A stretch of DNA of 64,000 nucleotides from Octopus sinensis (taxonomy: Eukaryota): contig NW_021829832.1 of NCBI RefSeq assembly GCF_006345805.1, positions 310,001 to 374,000 on the forward strand, read 5' to 3'. Positions 41,401-52,117 of the stretch are shown here, one piece after another; within the stretch, counting starts at the first letter, position 1; every line of letters starts with the position of its first letter. A program made the position numbers and the translations under genes. The notes under the pieces are model-generated. The model had not been told where the DNA came from. It ran no database searches and was given only the letters and a program-made list of their open reading frames with translations.

Positions 41401-41488
41401 AATTTTAATTCAGCTAATTTATACTTTGGGGTCTTCATCAATCACACAAAATTAAAAAATAAAATATTTAATATGTTAGAAAGTCGGG

Positions 41489-41918
41489 CTAATGTCGCTT
41501 ACTTCCCAAATTGAAACAGTTCAGGGACTCAGATACGTTTTGAAGTGTTCGAGCAAAGTTCCTCTTTATAGGCAAAAGAGACGGAAATTTAGTTAATTTT
41601 CTAGTAGCCTAATTTAGAGAATATTCGAATAAAAACCATTTGTATATCTAATTTTCTGTCGCTTATAAGAAATCTAGTGTAATTTGGAGTTAAGGTTTGT
41701 GAGGAAAAGCTACTACAACAACCTTCCGTGTAATAACGTGGAAACCGATGTTTTCTGAATCGAACTCTACGCCCCACTACAAGATCGGGACAGTGGTCTG
41801 TTCTCTCGTCGTCTGCTATTGAATTGTAAGAAAATGGAATACCATCAGACTCGTAGTCGAAACGGGATCTGTGGCGGAATACGGATCTACAATAATTGTG
41901 TTCGTCTTCACTCTCCAT
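41489..41918 (-). CDS. Hypothetical two-exon orphan protein
   Basis: ATG-initiated 105-codon ORF plus a 28-nt GT-AG intron leading to a second open exon. No recognisable domain. Confidence 0.4.
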
Positions 41919-42150
41919 AATAACTTATAATGTAACCACAGATTTAAATTTTAAAAATATTTGTAATATATAATTAAATTCTAAATAAAAAAGATATTAA
42001 ATTTTTTTACCTTTAAAGAAATAGTAATTTAAACAGAACTACAAATAAAAATAACTTTAACTGATTTTATAAGTTAACATAAATTAGTTTTATTAAAATT
42101 TAAATATATACAGATTATTATGTGAAATAAAATAAAATAAATTCCAAGTG

Positions 42151-43359
42151 ATGGCTAATTTGGGTTATTCTATATCGGAAGAAAATTCATTTGAATTCTC
42201 AGAACTTATAATCGACGACAGTTTTTTCAACTTTTCTAATCTCCCCAAACTCCTCATAGTCGGCGACCAAGGGTATCTTCAGTTCAACCACCTAGATGTG
42301 GAAAAACATCATTTCTGAACTACCTAGTGAACCTTAAAAGCCCAGAAGGATTCCCAAAGTCGACCAAGACCATTGAGGCCTTCAGTAGGACTGTCATTTT
42401 GTTGTAGATTTGTCGGCTGAATCCTTCTTCAATGTACAAATCCTGGACACTCCGGGACTGAACAAAATGTGGCTTAGAACGGACAAAAATAATAGAAATT
42501 TGTGCAAACTTTTGGACAATTGTTTGAATATTTTGTGCCTTGTGGACCTGAGCGTAGTCCTGGGTCTTTACTGACTTAGTCACGGATGCCCGACGGGCTT
42601 TTTTCGATTGCAAATTTCATAAATTCTGCCCTGGAAATAAACCCGAAGGTAAATCTGACCATCGTCGTCCACAAACATGACTTGAGTTACAACAATTCAT
42701 TCAAAGATAACATAAAAGGAGTCAAGGCACTCCTCGGATCTTTCATTCTCAACAAAAAGCCCATCGAAATTCAGTTTTTGTCAATTTTTTGAACATTTGT
42801 AGATATGTTAGTACAAGCATATTCGACATGTCAATTTTGTCTGTATTTTCTGGCATTATTCTTCCACATGTTCGACTTCAATCAACTTTTAGCAAGATCC
42901 TTGGGGATTTTATTTCGGTTGTGTTGTGGGGTGATGTAGTAGCACTCCAAATTGGGGAGTGGAGTGATTGTCGACACTCTTACCAGGGTTTTGATCGCAT
43001 CTGAGCCAGCGAGTCTCACTTTGAAGGAATATGAGTCTTTTGCTAAAGTGATGCGACACTGCAAAAATATACATTCTGCAGTAAAGTGGTGAGTATGCTT
43101 GTTTGAGAGATTTAGGGAGAATCCTGGCCATGCGAGTACAAAAAAGTTTTCTGTGATTCATTCGACGGTGAATTTTGATAATTATTCGATTTGTTATTGT
43201 CAACTAACACCGAAACTGTCATTGATGTTTCAGGGGAATAAAATGTTTGAAGGTTAGTTCAGTGTGACTAGTTTTGTAGGAATATATGAATATAATCTCG
43301 AATTATTGCAGATGCTGGTAGGAGATATAGTTGCCGAAGATGATAAAAATCGTATTTAA
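42151..43359 (+). CDS. RRAGC: Highly divergent Rag GTPase, RagC/D (Gtr2) type
   Basis: P-loop GDQGCGKTS; G3 DTPG; Rag-type G4 NPKVNLTIVVHKHD; TSIFDMSILSVFS; roadblock-like DTLTRVLIASEP...EYE; GIYEYNL. Colinear with RagC. C versus D cannot be resolved. Confidence 0.72.
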
Positions 43360-43479
43360 TTATTCTAATCGAGTTTTATAATATTTTTGATTTAGTAAAA
43401 AAATTAGTTACAAATGTAAGCTGATGCCTTTCGGGTGACAATTCCAAATGACACGTTAGCCAAAGTCCAATCTTCAAGG

Positions 43480-43880
43480 CTTAGTTGTCCGTGCAGAAAG
43501 TTTCTGGACTGTTGTTTACAATAATCTTTACTTCATAGAGAATCGACATTCGATTCCAAGTAGGTCGTATTTGTGAAATTTCTCCACTTTAACTTGCTTT
43601 AATGATCTTGTAAGTAATCTTCACTTTGATTAAATTAATTTTTTTCCTATTGTCATACACAAAAATGTCAGGTTTATTGAATTAGACTTTCGTTTCTTTC
43701 ATAATTGACGACAATTTAGATTTCGATATTTTGAGTCGACATTATTGACACAACCGAATGTCCTTTCAATTTCCTGCTTCTTTTAATTCCATACATTCGA
43801 CATAAGTGAAGATGGATACACTTAACCACTAAATATGTCGACATTTGATTCTTCCATACATTTAAACATCACTGAGTGTA
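43480..43880 (-). mobile_element. RLE fragment of the R4/Dong-like family
   Basis: VVKCIHLHLCRMYGIKRSRKLKGHSVVSIMS...NKPDIFVYD...VEKFHKYDLL. Confidence 0.8.
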
Positions 43881-43906
43881 GTAATTTACAGCTGATTGGG
43901 TTAAGC

Positions 43907-46498
43907 CAGTGTTTCCCAAACTTTTTCTTGTTGTCGCTCCCTTTAACAAACTTTTTGCAATATCGCCCACCATGAAAATTTACATGGAAACAAAAAGAAA
44001 AAAAAATTTATTTATAAAAACAATCAATGAGAACAATGACGTTGTATGAATTTAGAAACAAGTTCTTCTACACTTGGCTTTATGTTCTTAAGACGAAGCC
44101 GTAGATCTCCTCTCTCAGCAACGTCTAAACGGTTTCGACTTTTGGTAACGAGTTGAGATACAACGCTAAAGCTTCTCTCAGCCAAGTAAGAAGTAGGAAA
44201 AGCGATAAAAAATAATTTAGCTTTCTCCCATAACACATGATATTTATCAGGAATATCCGCCTGTAGCCAAAAATCTTGACATGACTTTTGTTTGAGTGTT
44301 TGTTTCAATTCCCAATCATTTTTCAATACAATTAGTTCCAGTTGATAACAAGATTCAACGTCGTCGATATCTTGAAAAGAATCTATGATCCATTCCGGAA
44401 CTTCTAGTTCGCAGAAATCTTTGATTAAATGTTTCAAGATTGATTAAATGTTCAACATAGTTTTCGAGATTATCTTCAGAAAGTAGATTTTTAAGATTGT
44501 CGAGACGTGGAAATTGGCTTAACTCCTTTCTACCAATATTTCTACAAAACAAGGATAGCATTAAAATAAAAGTAGTAATGAGTGACTTTGCCTAAATTAA
44601 AATAGTATGAGAAAAATTAACGAATACCTTTATTAAGTTAATATCGGCGAATTGTAGTTGTACGTTAAGTACATTAAACTTAGCAAAAATGTCAGCTAAA
44701 TAAGCAACATCATGTTTAATAGATTCTATAGTTCTGAACCAAGATGAGAGTTCAAACATTTGAGGAATTCAACCACAGTGTCAAAAAGAGAGAATATACG
44801 TCCCAAACAGTCATCCTTTGATAGCCATCTTACTTCTGAATGCATTAAAAGTCGTAAAAAATCTTCATCATTATCGACACAAAGCTGGTAAAAAAGACGT
44901 GAATTCAACGAGTTTGATTTAATTTTGTTAATAGAAGAAATAACTGTATTAAGAGAAGAATATAATCAAGCAGTTGTGTTTTTAGCAACTAAATGCTGCC
45001 GATTGGTCGCAAGATGAATAGTCAGTACAGTTGGTACGTGTTATTTTAGGAAAGCCATTAAACCACGATAGCAACCGATCATGGAAGGTGTCCCATCAGT
45101 TGCACAGGCAACTATATTCGTTATTGGTATATTTTTGAGAATCAAAAATTCGTTAACTTTGTCGAACATTGATTTCCCTTTAGTATTGGTTTCTAGCATT
45201 CGTGCAAAAAGTAATTCCTGCATAATCCGGCCATCTTTGACAAAACGTACATATGCAAGTAATAAAGAGTCATTTCCAGAAAGTATTGACTCATCTAACT
45301 GTAGACTAAAATGCGTATTTTTCAATATCGAACACAAACTGTTTTCTACGTCGAATGCCATGTCATCGATACGTCTCTCTACCGTGTTGTTACTCAGTGG
45401 AATTGACTTAATGATATTCTGATAAGGTTGGTGCATAACCCTTGTCAGTACTTCGCGAATTGATGGAATTATAAGTTGTTCGCCAATTGTGTGGGGTTAG
45501 TTAGTTAGTTATGTTACCCCGGCTTCACTAACACGTAGGAAGCCGGATGCAATCAGGTAGCGAGACGCGAAGATCGGGCGCTCCCAGAGATCCCGAATCC
45601 CAATAGGCGGAGACAAGTGAGGCGGTCCAGGACAGGGGAAGAGGTCTTCAGGGGTGAAGGAACGGTATGTTTCGAAGATGGGTGGACGATGTCCCGAGCG
45701 AATCTGAGCAAGCTGGACACGGAGATATCTGCCGAGTGATTGCTCTGAGGAGTGGACCGGCGGGAGGGGAGAGTTGAGAAGTTTGTTGTTTTTAAGCATC
45801 CTGATTGCACGAGAGGAGATGTAGTCATGGATTAGTTTATTCGCAGTTTTCCCATTGTTGGTTGAGAGTATTTTTGAAAGACATCTACATTGATCGGCCA
45901 GAGTAGAAATGATGTGGCTTTTGTTTTCTGGAATAGAGATTTTGTGACTCGGATGAGAAAAGTCTTGTATTTCCTGTAGAATTGGAGTCCTCTCATCGTC
46001 AAATGGTCTTCGACCGGAAGGATACAAGATTCCCAATGAAGATGATCGATGGGAGTGGATGCAAGCAGCCAATTATCGTCTTACTAATCTCATCTATAAG
46101 ACGTTACTAAGAAAATATAGTAATTGTGTGGGGTTTACAAGATTTAGCGATGAGTAAAGCAATATTATATGATAAAATAAGACCATCATCTTTTTATGAT
46201 TAGCAGTAAATATATTTGCCCATTTCTGTTGATTTTTGTGTTTTTGATTAGTCCTTTAAATAACGCAATCGGCTTGTTGGATTTATTTAGATGAACCTAT
46301 ATTTTTATAAAATATAAATATGAACCTTTCTTAAATGTTGAAGTAATCTAGAAGGCTTCATAGCCTCGTTAGAAAACGACTTTTCGCATATCAAACAAAA
46401 AGGTGGTTTTTCATCATTAGGAGTTGTAGTGAAACCGTAAACGACTTAGTCATAAACGCCCCCTTAAAATGTTGTATCGCCCACTTTGGGAAACCCTG
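43907..46498 (-). mobile_element. Complete Buster/Charlie-type hAT transposon with a decayed transposase
   Basis: 14-bp TIRs CAGTGTTTCCCAAA and CAGGGTTTCCCAAA; 8-bp TSD GGTTAAGC at 43899-43906 and 46499-46506. Motifs MKPSRL, KPHTIGE, SIPLSNNTVERRI, LQLDES, HSEVRWLS, FPTSYLAERSFS. Confidence 0.95.
45499..46121 (-). mobile_element. 5'-truncated I-like LINE inserted in the Buster transposase
   Basis: 14-bp TSD AATTGTGTGGGGTT at 45485-45498 and 46122-46135; (TAAC)n 3' tail; ORF ends LAQIRSGH...DLWERP. Confidence 0.88.
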
Positions 46499-46653
46499 GG
46501 TTAAGCAAAAGTTTTCTTTGAGTGTACTTTAGTGAATCAATGTTCAGATTTTCCCCACCGAAAGATATAATTTTTTTGTTAAGATAAATAAAATTTATGT
46601 TATTTTAATAAAATATTTTGAAAAATAAATCCTAGCGTGACGTTGTGTGTTCC

Positions 46654-47228
46654 ATGCCTCTCAGGTCATATCAGTAATATTACTCCAAAGAAACGAGATA
46701 GAACTGGGAGAAATCACCTCCCACAATGTCAAACAACTAAAAATAATAAACAACTACGTCTTCCCTGTGACATACAGCGACGAGTTTTACCTAACAGTGC
46801 CCCACTACGGCGAATTCTCAAGATTTGGTTAAATAAAATAATTTAAAAACAGCTTACTACCATGACCTAGTGGTCGGTGGAGTCTGTTGTCGCATTGAGT
46901 GCAACGGAGGACGGAGGGAGGTGTATATCCTCACCCTGGGCTGTCTCCCAGCCTACCGAAGGAAGGGAATTGGTAGTCCATTCCAGTTAAATTGCAGCTA
47001 CTAAATTATTGGAATATATTCTGGATTTGTGCAAATTGGACAGTTCTTTGGAGTGTATATATTTGTGAGTGATGAGTGTCATTTGGCAGACATGTTCAAG
47101 TCAATAATGAAATGGCCATCAAATTTTATTCAAAGTTCGGATTTGTGAATATCGAGAGGGTTGAGGAGTACTATACCAACATTCATCCTTGTGATGCTTT
47201 TCTGCTTAAAAAACATTTTAATAAATAA
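46654..47228 (+). CDS. NAA50: N-alpha-acetyltransferase 50
   Basis: IELGEITSHNVKQLKIINNYVFPVTYSDEFY, VGGVCCRIE, YILTLGCLPAYRRKGI, LHVQVNNEMAIKFYSKFGF, YYTNIHPCDA. Confidence 0.95.
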
Positions 47229-47310
47229 AAATTGTGTTTAATGTAAAAATTAGATAATTTAAAAGTTGATTTTTTTAATTGTAATAAACTCTTACTAATT
47301 AATTGTTGTT

Positions 47311-48475
47311 ATGTTTGACCAAGAAGAAGAAAAAAATATAGAACTGGGTTAGTCAAATGAATGAATTAAATAAATAGCAATAGAATTATCACTTCAAGAA
47401 TCTCAGAAAGTGGGGACCACCCCACCAGAGTCTTCAAATAAACTAAAACTCGTACTAATCTGAAACACTAACATTGAAGGTCAAAGTTCTTTTTGACTTT
47501 GAAGCGGTGGAACCCAACGAACTGACTCTGGTGAGTGGTGAGTTGATCAAAGTCACCGATACTACGTATATTGTCAGTCAGTGAGTGTAGAAACGAATAT
47601 TGGTATGTGGGGACTGACCAAAGGGGCAATTCTGGTTTCTTTCCTTCCAATTTTGTGACTGATAACTACGAAGAAGACGTCCCGGCGACAGTACAAGTCA
47701 AGATTGACCCAGTTATGTCTGTCGGGCTGATTGTAGATATTTCTAACGGACACTCTCGACATGATTCGGAGATGTGATACGACAGAGGAGGACGACCCTC
47801 CTGAACTGAAAGAACGAATCAAGCAATGTGAGATTATGGCCGGAATGATTGATGCTGAGATCAATGCACTCGACCAGTCCTGTCTGTTCTTTTATTTTTA
47901 GAGAACTGTCCACACTTATGGATTGTGCCAATAGTTTCATTTCTGCTAGTTCCACTTATAACAAGGTCATTGCGACAGAACAGGGAGGAGGGCCTACTAC
48001 TCAGAACTACACTCCATGGGGGTCTACTACTCAGAATTACGGGCCAGAAGGCTCTATTACTCAGACATACTATCCGGGAGGTGATACTAACCAGGAATAC
48101 AGGCCAGTGGGGCCTACTAATCAGAACTACGGTCCAGAAGGCTGTACTAATCAGAATTATTGTCCGGGAGGTGTTACTGCCCCTGAATACTATGCTGGAG
48201 GTCCTACTATTCCGAACTACCGTGGAGTGGGTCCTACTACTCAGAATTATTATCCGGGTGGTGATAATTACAAGGATTACTGTCATTGGGATCTTCCTGC
48301 TCAGAACTACTGTTCAGGAGGTCCTACTGTTCCGAACTATCGTGCAATGGGTCCTAATACTCAGAACTACGCTCCAGGAGGTCCTACTACCCCGAATTAC
48401 ACGCCAGGAGGACGGATTAACCAGTACGGCCAGTCTAATTATGAGCACTTTCCGAATAGGCGTGACTATCAATAA
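47311..48475 (+). CDS. STAM: STAM/Hse1-like ESCRT-0 subunit (UIM, SH3, GAT, repeat tail) lacking VHS
   Basis: UIM EEEKNIELAIELSLQE; SH3 VLFDFEAVEPNELTL...GFFPSNFVT; GAT-like PELKERIKQCEIMAGMIDAEINALD. Confidence 0.82.
47993..48412 (+). repeat. Coding minisatellite: 14 units of 30 bp, consensus PTTQNYxPGG
   Basis: Tyr every 10th residue; recurring DNA core CCTACTACTCAGAACTAC. Confidence 0.9.
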
Positions 48476-49779
48476 TTACTCACATTTCACTTAAATTATA
48501 CGATTTATTTTATATCAAATTACTTTAATGATGTCAATTATTGGTTCCGATATCTAAACTGAGAAATATGATGAGGATTGTTGTGTATGCGGTTTCACCT
48601 TGTGGTTTGTGGGATAAAGTCAATTTCATTGAATATCATTGCTATTTTATTTGACCATTCAACGGAATCTTGAATGATTTTTGCCTTCTTGCTCTCTCTA
48701 TAAAGAATGTTGAGAGATTTGAATGTCAAGGGAAGAATAGTCTGCGAAGAATAATAAACTTTGTTTGTTGGCAGCTAAGAGTTGACAACCACATCACCCG
48801 CCTCTCAAATTTTCTGCCGACTAATCCTTGTTCGGTTGATTCCTTTGAATCTTCCCAAATCCACCAGAAAACAGTCAGTGAATAAAAAGTTTGCCAATTA
48901 TTAATGTAAGTAAAAATACCGTATAATGCATCTCTCACTATGATTATTTGCCACAATAAATTATTCGATAAACAGTTCTCAGAAGGGATACTCGAAAGCA
49001 ACGTTTATTTCATTTTTGTAAACTTTTACACTTTTTCGATGAAAATACTGCCAGTTCCGTGACATACGTATGGTCGGGACAATCCAACAAATTTTTGAAA
49101 AATATCACGATTTATGATTAAAGTTATAAAAAGAAAAATTGTTTTTCAATTCTCGGCTTTTTTGGAAGAACTATACCAGATCCTATTCTTTTCCCGGCCC
49201 CTTTGTAAATAACTAGATAGTGAAAGCATGGAGAAAAAAAATTCAACAAAATAAAATCCAATCAATCTTCATTAAGTTTTTGTTAATAAGACAAAAGAAT
49301 AAAATGTTGTCATTTTTCAGAATCATTTATGAAAATACTGAGTGTTACGAGTGCAAAAATCTTTTGACAATCGAAACCAAAATTTTTAGAAAAATCAACC
49401 GCCTATTTTTTATACCTATTCTTTGATATTCTCTTTAGACAATTTTTTCTCCCTAATAGCTCCGGTTTACTCAAAGGCGAGCTAGAAGAAATTAAAATTG
49501 TACTGATGACAAGAGTATAGTAGTTGAGAGAAAACAGACAAAACTTGTTTATTTTAAAAATTTTCTGAAAAATTATACGGCTTCTTCATAAAGGTTTAAA
49601 ATATAGTTGCTAGCCACAATAAGAGTGTAATCGCAATTTTTTACTTTTCTTTTTACTTTTTTGTCTTATCCGATATAACGCCATTCAAACTTTTAAATTA
49701 TTATTTTAAAGTCATATGAATTACACTAATTTATTATTGTTTTTAATACGTGATATTAGCACTTAAATTGCAGAATGGT

Positions 49780-51044
49780 AAATAGTTAAGCGCACTAAAT
49801 TTGCGAAGCATTTGGATTTGGAAGAAGCTCTTTAGATTTGGTTTGTAAACAAAAGGTCTCAAAATATTGTTTTGAATGATGAAATATTACGGGAACAAGC
49901 AAAAAAATTTGGAAATGATTTATGAATTGTGGATTTCAAATATTCAAATGGATGGATGCATCCGTTTAGGCAAAGACATAATATTGGAATTCATTTATTG
50001 TCAGAAGAGAGTTCAAGCGTAGATCCTAAGACAGTTTATGATGGAATTGAAAAATCAAACAAAATTTGTGCCAAATATAATGGAAATGATATCTTCAATA
50101 TGGATGAGACTGGTCTTTACTATAAAATGATTCCGTCGAAATCATTAACAACTGATAAAACTAAAGGTAATTTTAATAAACCAACTATATTTTATTCACC
50201 AACTTGAAACAAGTAACAATTAGCATATTGGGTTGGATGATGCAATACGTTTTGTTGGAAAATCATGGGACAGCGTAAAAGAAGAAAGAATACAAAACTG
50301 CTGGAGGCAAACCAAGATTGGTCATGTCGAAATTTATAATACTGAAAATTCGAAAATCTATTGAATCAACTGATTTCAACAATGAATATTATTGATGAGA
50401 TGGATGTCAACAAATATGTTTCGGTGGACAGTAGTGCTAAAACATACTGTAATATTGAAGAATACTAAATATTGTCTACACTTCGAAGAATCAGTGACAG
50501 TGATGAAGAAGACATAATAGAAGACTTTACTAAAAAAGATTTTCTAAAAATGAAATGGCTAATGCGTTCGAAGTTATACTGCGCGGGATCGAGATTACTC
50601 AAGGGATGTCGGAAAAAAGCTTACAATATATTAAACCGAAGGTTCCATGCATATTATATGCAACCCTGTTTGACGAGTGACGCCGTCATCAGTGATCTCA
50701 CTGCGAAACCGAATGTCTTCTTCAGCCACACCATAAAAGAAAAAGACAAGAGGGAGCAGAAACACATGACTTCGCTCGGATTAGTTAGTTTCTTGATAAC
50801 ATGTTCTCTTTCTGTCTTGATCTTGTGTGGTTGGCCTAAGCGAGATATCATCTTGCGGCAGGGATAATAATATATTAAACATATTAAAAGGGAATATCGG
50901 GATTGTCGAAAAATAGCTATAGACACTCAAAGATTATGAAGTTTTTTAATAAATATTAAATATTTTGTGTTTAATTAATTCCATCCCGCTTATTGCCATG
51001 AAATATTTGGTTTTTTTTCGTGGCAATATAGAGAGGTTTAAGTG
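49780..51044 (+). mobile_element. pogo/Tigger transposon remnant
   Basis: CENP-B HTH (EEAL..WF...ILREQAKKF...YSNGW..F..RHNI) and IFNMDETGLYYKM. Right TIR-like ATAGAGAGGTTTAAGTG followed by TA at 51045. Left end not found. Confidence 0.8.
50637..50868 (+). mobile_element. 232-bp retroposed insertion within the pogo remnant
   Basis: 12-bp direct repeat AATATATTAAAC at 50625-50636 and 50869-50880; TAA-type 3' tail; higher GC than its flanks. Confidence 0.65.
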
Positions 51045-51487
51045 TACATTTTTTTAATTTAGTTAATCGATTGAACAAATTTAAAAAAGAGCCAATCAAT
51101 TTACTTTTTCAAAACACAATGAATAATATTTAAAAAATAAGAAGTATCATTTATGTCCGGAGAAATTTATAGACTAATCTGCAACTGTGTTATAAATTTC
51201 AAAATCGGGCATAGATAGTGGTTTTATTATCTATTTTTATGTTTAGATAGTTAAATTTAAAAATAAATACAACTAACAAATCTATCCGAAATTGGAGTTC
51301 TTTTTCGAAGTGACATTTATTCACTAATTATACTAATAAACCCCCAAACTGACAAAAAAATTTAGTTTCATTAAAAAATTATTATTGATTTTTAGAATAT
51401 AATCAATAGCTTTAGGTGATTAAATCAAGAATAAAAATGTTTAAAGAAATAACTTAAAAAATTAACAAAATACCTAATTAAATTTAA

Positions 51488-52117
51488 TCACCGAATAATA
51501 ACATTCGAAGAATAGAGTGACTGGGCAGGGTGTCGTAAATTAACGAGGAGATTCTCGGCACTATACATAAACACAACAAAAAACTTTCTGCGAAATAAAA
51601 TAGTAAGAACCAGCACAACTAGAGCCAGCAAGGTGAGCAAAGAACTCAATGTGATTATTAATATAAGGGTCTTCTCCCCATCTATCTTAGAAAAACAGCA
51701 AATACTCGCTTTGAGGGATAAAAAATATTTTGGAGAATACCCCATTTGGCATCGATCTCCTATATAGATGTTGCCACGAAAGGGAGTGCATCTAAACAGA
51801 GAGTAAGGGTATTACATGCAATATGGAAACGCCTTTTCGAGGACAATATCAGCATAACATGTGGAGTTATGCATGCAGAACATTACTAGTGGGGTGTCCC
51901 CGAAGAGATCACAGGGGACTGTCCTTTTCCCTGTCTTGTTTATTATTGTGTCGATTAAGGTCGAGTTGGAGTTTTTTAGGCTGATTGAGTATCGTTCCCT
52001 GTCCTGGTCTGAATGGGAGGCGTCCATGTAGTCCTTTCTGATGTGACTCAGCCAGTCGGAAGAGTCGACGAGGGGTCTTGTGGTGAGTAACAACACAACA
52101 GACAGTAGAAATAACAT
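51488..52117 (-). CDS. EGF-like transmembrane ligand precursor (signal peptide, one EGF domain, TM)
   Basis: Hydrophobic leader MLFLLSVVLLL. Spliced EGF domain C-x11-C-x5-C-x12-C-I-C-x12(GDR)-C, then TM LILIITLSSLLTLLALVVLVLTILF followed by RRK. Confidence 0.78.

Noticed and set aside
47993-48412. 30-bp periodic array as a CRISPR-like or non-coding repeat
   Set aside because: There is no repeat-spacer alternation; the array is in frame within the STAM ORF, and the context is eukaryotic.
48520-49100. Possible RT remnant (ISLLRTVYRII)
   Set aside because: A single short motif among many stops; insufficient for a feature call.
50660-50720. Hammerhead ribozyme (CTGATGA on the minus strand next to hairpins)
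   Set aside because: The required GAAA after stem II and a correctly placed NUH site are missing.
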